DNA from: Archangiaceae bacterium
GTDB taxonomy: Bacteria > Myxococcota > Myxococcia > Myxococcales > Myxococcaceae
Direction: 5' to 3'
NCBI GenBank assembly: GCA_043750125.1
Contig: JAYVCD010000146.1
Span: forward strand, 1-30,700
DNA length: 30,700 nucleotides
A model generated the notes under the pieces. The model was not told the origin of the DNA and did no database searches. It was given only the letters and a program-made list of their open reading frames with translations. Shown piece by piece: positions 27,460 to 30,700 of the stretch. A program made the position numbers and the translations under genes. Each line of letters starts with the position of its first letter. The stretch's first letter is position 1.

Positions 27460-29089
27460 CAGGCCCCCAGGATCTCTATCGCATTCTTGGCGATGGTCTT
27501 CTCCAGCTTGTGGGCACCTGCAGTCAGCGTCTCGAACTCCTCGTTCAACGCCTCGAACTGCGCCTTGAAGTCCTCGTCGCTAACCTCTTCGCCCGGCGCA
27601 ACGCCGACGTAGCGGCCCGGGTTGAGGCTCCAGCCCTGCGCCTCGATCTCCTTCACGCCCATGACTTTGCAGAGGCCCGCCACGTCCGTGTACTTCGCCT
27701 TCTTGCCGAAGACCTCTGCCAGCTTCGCGCCCGCTTCCTCGCCGCCGAAGGTCAGGTCGAGCGCCTCCCCGCGATAGAGCCGGACGATGTTCGCAAGGAA
27801 CCCGAGCTGTCCCGGAGTCCAGTCGCGGTGTGCGCGGTCGACCTGCCGGTATACGTGGCGGGCGTCGATGAAGAGCACCTGGTCCTTCCGCTTCGACTGC
27901 GCCTTGCCTCGGTCGAGGAACCAAAGGGTGCAGGGCAGGGCACCGTGTAGAACATGTTCGGGCCGACCGAGACCATCGCGTCCACCGCTCGCGCCTCGAC
28001 GAGCTGTTTGCGGAGGTCCAGTTCGGAGTGCCCCGCGTCCGACGCCGAATTCGCCATCACGAACCCAGCTCGCCCGGTCTCGTTGAGCGCCGCGTAGAAG
28101 AGCTGGATCCAGAGGTAGTTCGCGTTGTCCGGCTTGGGCAGCCCGAACGGGAACCGGCGACCCGCGCCGACCGAGTCCTTCAATCGGCCCTTGTCCACGC
28201 TGTTCACGTTGAACGGCGGGTTGGCGAGTACGAAGTCGAAACGGCCAGCCAGCTTGTGCGGGTCGTCGTAGTAGCTGTTGATTTCGCCGCCGTGCCGGAT
28301 GTCCCCCTCCAACCCGTGTACCGCGAGGTTGAGGCGACAGAGGCGACCCGTGTCGTCGGTCTTCTCGACGCCGTGTATGGAGAGTTCGGCCGCGCCACCG
28401 TTCCTTTTGTGCTCGGCGACGAAGCGCGCGCTCTGAACGAACATGCCTCCCGAGCCGCAGGCAGGGTCTAGAACGCGCCCCTTGAATGGTTCCAGCACCT
28501 CGACGAGGAGACGCACGATGCTGGTCGGCGTGTAGAACTCTCCGCCCCCCTGTCCCTCGGACATTGCGAACTCGCCGAGGAAGTATTCGTAGATCTTCCC
28601 GAAGGTGTCGCCTTGGAGGTCCACGGCAATAGTGGAGAAGGTCTTCAGGATTTCTTTCAGCGAGTGCGCGCTGAACGCCTGGTACGTTTTGGGCAGAACG
28701 CCCGCGAGCTGCGTGTTGTCGCGCTCGATGGCGCGCATGGCGTCGTCGACAGCGTGACCCAGCGACTTTCCACCCTTGCCGCCCTCCGGGTACTCCAACA
28801 GCCACGAGAAACGAGCCTCGGCGGGAAGGTAGAGGGTGCTCGCCGCGTGGTAGGCGGTTGCGTCGTCGACGCGAGACCCGCGCCGAGACGATGTTCCTTT
28901 CTCCAGCTCGGATCGCCTCGCCGCGAACTTGGCGTCGGCGAAGCGCAGGAAGATCAGCCCCAGCACCGGCTCCGAGTACTGGGTGCCCTTGAGGCCGCTG
29001 TTCGCGTGAAGCTCGTCAGCGGCATCCCAGAGGCGCTTCTCTAGGGTAACGGTTCCGGCGTCCTTCGAGGGGGTGGCGATCCAGCGCAT
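27459..29089 (-). pseudogene. hsdM: Type I R-M methyltransferase subunit M, split by a 1-nt frameshift at about 27940 (or a sequencing indel)
   Basis: The first frame (from 29089) has [24 protein letters not shown] and ANPPFN up to NMFYTV. The second frame resumes with LPCTLWFLD...VLFIDAR...WSLNPGRYVG and ends in TGA overlapping the hsdS ATG. Confidence 0.9.
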
Positions 29090-29347
29090 TTGCTCACGCT
29101 ACGCGAGGTTGCGCTGTGAGGGGATCTCGATCATCGAACAGCACGCTTGAGAACTCCGAGCGTGACGACTGGTGTCGCGCAATGCCCTTCGAATGTGAAG
29201 CCAGCGTGGCCGCGCCGCTGGGAAACGTGCTGGTGATCGCGCGCCTCCGCTCACCCCTCTTGGCGTGACCAGCCGCCGCTGGGTGATCCGCCGAAGCTGC
29301 CTCGCTGGTTCTCCAACGTCGAAACGTCGATTGCCGTAGCTTCCCAG

Positions 29348-30289
29348 GTGGACATGAAGACCGTTGCGCCAAGGTTGGAACCGCACGTCGTCGACGCCCT
29401 CGCTCGCGTTGGCCGGGTTGGCAACCTTGGAAAGCTCGCAGCGAGGTTGGACGAGGTCCTCCGCGAGGGCATCTCGCGCTTCAGCAACGTCCCTGCCAAA
29501 ATCGAGTTTCGCCTCTTGACGACGCGTTTGCAGGATCTAGGACCCGACAAGAGGAAGGCTATTGTTTTCTTGTTCGCAGAAAGTGCCGGGTGGGCGGGGG
29601 CTTTTTCACAGGTGCACACGCTTCGCGCGCGCGAGATGCTTCTAGAAATCGTCTCGGGCCTCAACGAACAGCGGTACACGCGGGTTGCATTTTCGGCACG
29701 CTCGCTCATCGAGACGGCGGCTATTGCGAGCTGCTACGCGAAGGACCAGGCGAAGAACTGCGCCTTTCTGTCAGCAATGACCGTCGGAAAGCTCAGGCGA
29801 GTTTCAAAGAGCCTAAACGGGGACGAGGTGGATCAGCTCGGCGCAGCTTGGACAGAACTCAGGGAGACGATGACTCGCGGCCGATTCAAGTGGGGTGCCA
29901 CAGACTGGGTCGACCTTGCTGCCAGCTACAAGGTCGACCCAAAGACCAGCAAGCACCAAGTGAATGTGCTCACCGCAATTCAGAAGCTTCAGTTTGATGA
30001 GATGGGGCTTGCCGGTGGCACCGCCATGTTCTGGTTCGAACTCCTCTCCGATTTCGTTCACCCGAATTTTGGGGCCTCTGTCCTGAAGATTCGAGAATTT
30101 GCGAGGGAGTCGAAATTCATTGCGCGCCACGTCTACGCCGATCCGGTGCCGGAGTCGGACGTCGGAGATGTTCTCGTCTCGTTTCTGATGCCTCCGATTT
30201 CCAATGCGGTCCGAATAATCGACGAGTCGTTGCAGCCGTTCCGCAAGGCTCACTCTAAGGCGACCGAAGTCTTGGCCTCGCTCGGCTGA
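29348..30289 (+). CDS. Hypothetical helical protein with HEPN-like (DUF5677-like) motifs
   Basis: 'ARSLIETAA' and 'FELLSDFVHPN' resemble the R-x-x-x-E and LS-x-x-VHP signature of DUF5677/HEPN-like proteins. Confidence 0.55.
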   Translation: MDMKTVAPRLEPHVVDALARVGRVGNLGKLAARLDEVLREGISRFSNVPAKIEFRLLTTRLQDLGPDKRKAIVFLFAESAGWAGAFSQVHTLRAREMLLEIVSGLNEQRYTRVAFSARSLIETAAIASCYAKDQAKNCAFLSAMTVGKLRRVSKSLNGDEVDQLGAAWTELRETMTRGRFKWGATDWVDLAASYKVDPKTSKHQVNVLTAIQKLQFDEMGLAGGTAMFWFELLSDFVHPNFGASVLKIREFARESKFIARHVYADPVPESDVGDVLVSFLMPPISNAVRIIDESLQPFRKAHSKATEVLASLG

Positions 30290-30312
30290 CCGGACCGTGG
30301 GCCGCCGACGCA

Positions 30313-30681
30313 GTGGTGGTGACGAAGGGAAAGTTAACGCTCTATCGCGGCATCGCTGTCGCTGACGAGAACGCCGAACCGGTCCGCAAGGCGATCTTGG
30401 AACGTGGACTCCTTGGCGATGAGGGTAGCTGGAAGTTCGTGCTCCGCGACCTCAGACCGAGGCTCGAAGCGATCTTCGAGTCGCCGTCGAAGTTTCGGGA
30501 GATCGAGCCTTCCGCAGGCCCCGAGTTCAAGATGTTCAATGCCTGCGGGGACGTTGAAGGAGCGACCTACTACGCGTGCAAGCACAACCGGACCGAGAAG
30601 AAGACGTCGAGGAAGTTCGAACCACAAAATCGCACCGGAGGGACGGTAGCACGGTGGGCAGCGAGGACCGGCGAGCCGTGA
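30313..30681 (+). CDS. Putative ADP-ribosyltransferase-fold protein, probably truncated after about 30609
   Basis: 'LTLYRG' first strand, 'ILERGL' and 'ACGDVEGATYYA' resemble the ART core. The last ~23 codons look unrelated. Confidence 0.4.
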   Translation: MVVTKGKLTLYRGIAVADENAEPVRKAILERGLLGDEGSWKFVLRDLRPRLEAIFESPSKFREIEPSAGPEFKMFNACGDVEGATYYACKHNRTEKKTSRKFEPQNRTGGTVARWAARTGEP

Positions 30682-30700
30682 AGTTGGGTGGGGAGCAGGC

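Larger units (their letters stand above)
20290..30700. mobile_element. Putative defence/genomic island (right end outside the window)
   Basis: Abrupt switch from myxobacterial housekeeping genes to R-M, TA-like and HEPN-like genes, with visibly more A/T-ending codons. No integrase or att site is visible in the window. Confidence 0.6.

Noticed and set aside
27928..27942. (TGCCC)2 repeat as a phase-variation tract in hsdM
   Set aside because: Losing one unit would restore the frame, but there are only two copies and it would delete residues of the expected TV-x-LPCTLW motif; a 1-nt deletion is more parsimonious.
27944..28805. N-terminal part of the track ORF 27459..28805 as a separate second methyltransferase gene
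   Set aside because: Only the portion after about 27940 is HsdM-like; the upstream part is off-frame Arg-rich sequence.
30655..30700. GAGCCGTG as the start of group II intron domain V
   Set aside because: The following sequence does not form the D5 hairpin.

Overview
GC-rich bacterial DNA, almost certainly myxobacterial (Myxococcota-type Cys-rich repeats, Pkn-type Ser/Thr kinase, fimU/pilV minor pilins). The left two-thirds (1-~20250) looks like core chromosome: the start of a minor-pilin operon with a candidate sigma-54 promoter and enhancer, an Old Yellow Enzyme, a 1371-aa surface lipoprotein joining a deaminase-type amidohydrolase to nuclease-style OB-fold and lamin-tail modules, a membrane Ser/Thr kinase, TetR and PaaI thioesterase genes, an SGNH-like protein, a YVTN-propeller/di-haem (MauG/CcP-like) lipoprotein, a metallophosphoesterase, a trifunctional AroK-AroD-AroE fusion coupled to aroB, a phytoene-dehydrogenase-like oxidoreductase and a CsgG/TPR protein. 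The right third (~20290-30700) is a defence-type island: a wHTH-HEPN-like gene, an HTH-ImmA peptidase/DUF4411 PIN pair, a type I R-M operon whose hsdM has a single-base frameshift, and a divergent two-gene unit encoding a second HEPN-like protein and an apparently truncated ADP-ribosyltransferase-like protein. No tRNA, rRNA, CRISPR array or integrase was seen. All family calls come from reading motifs by eye, not from database searches.
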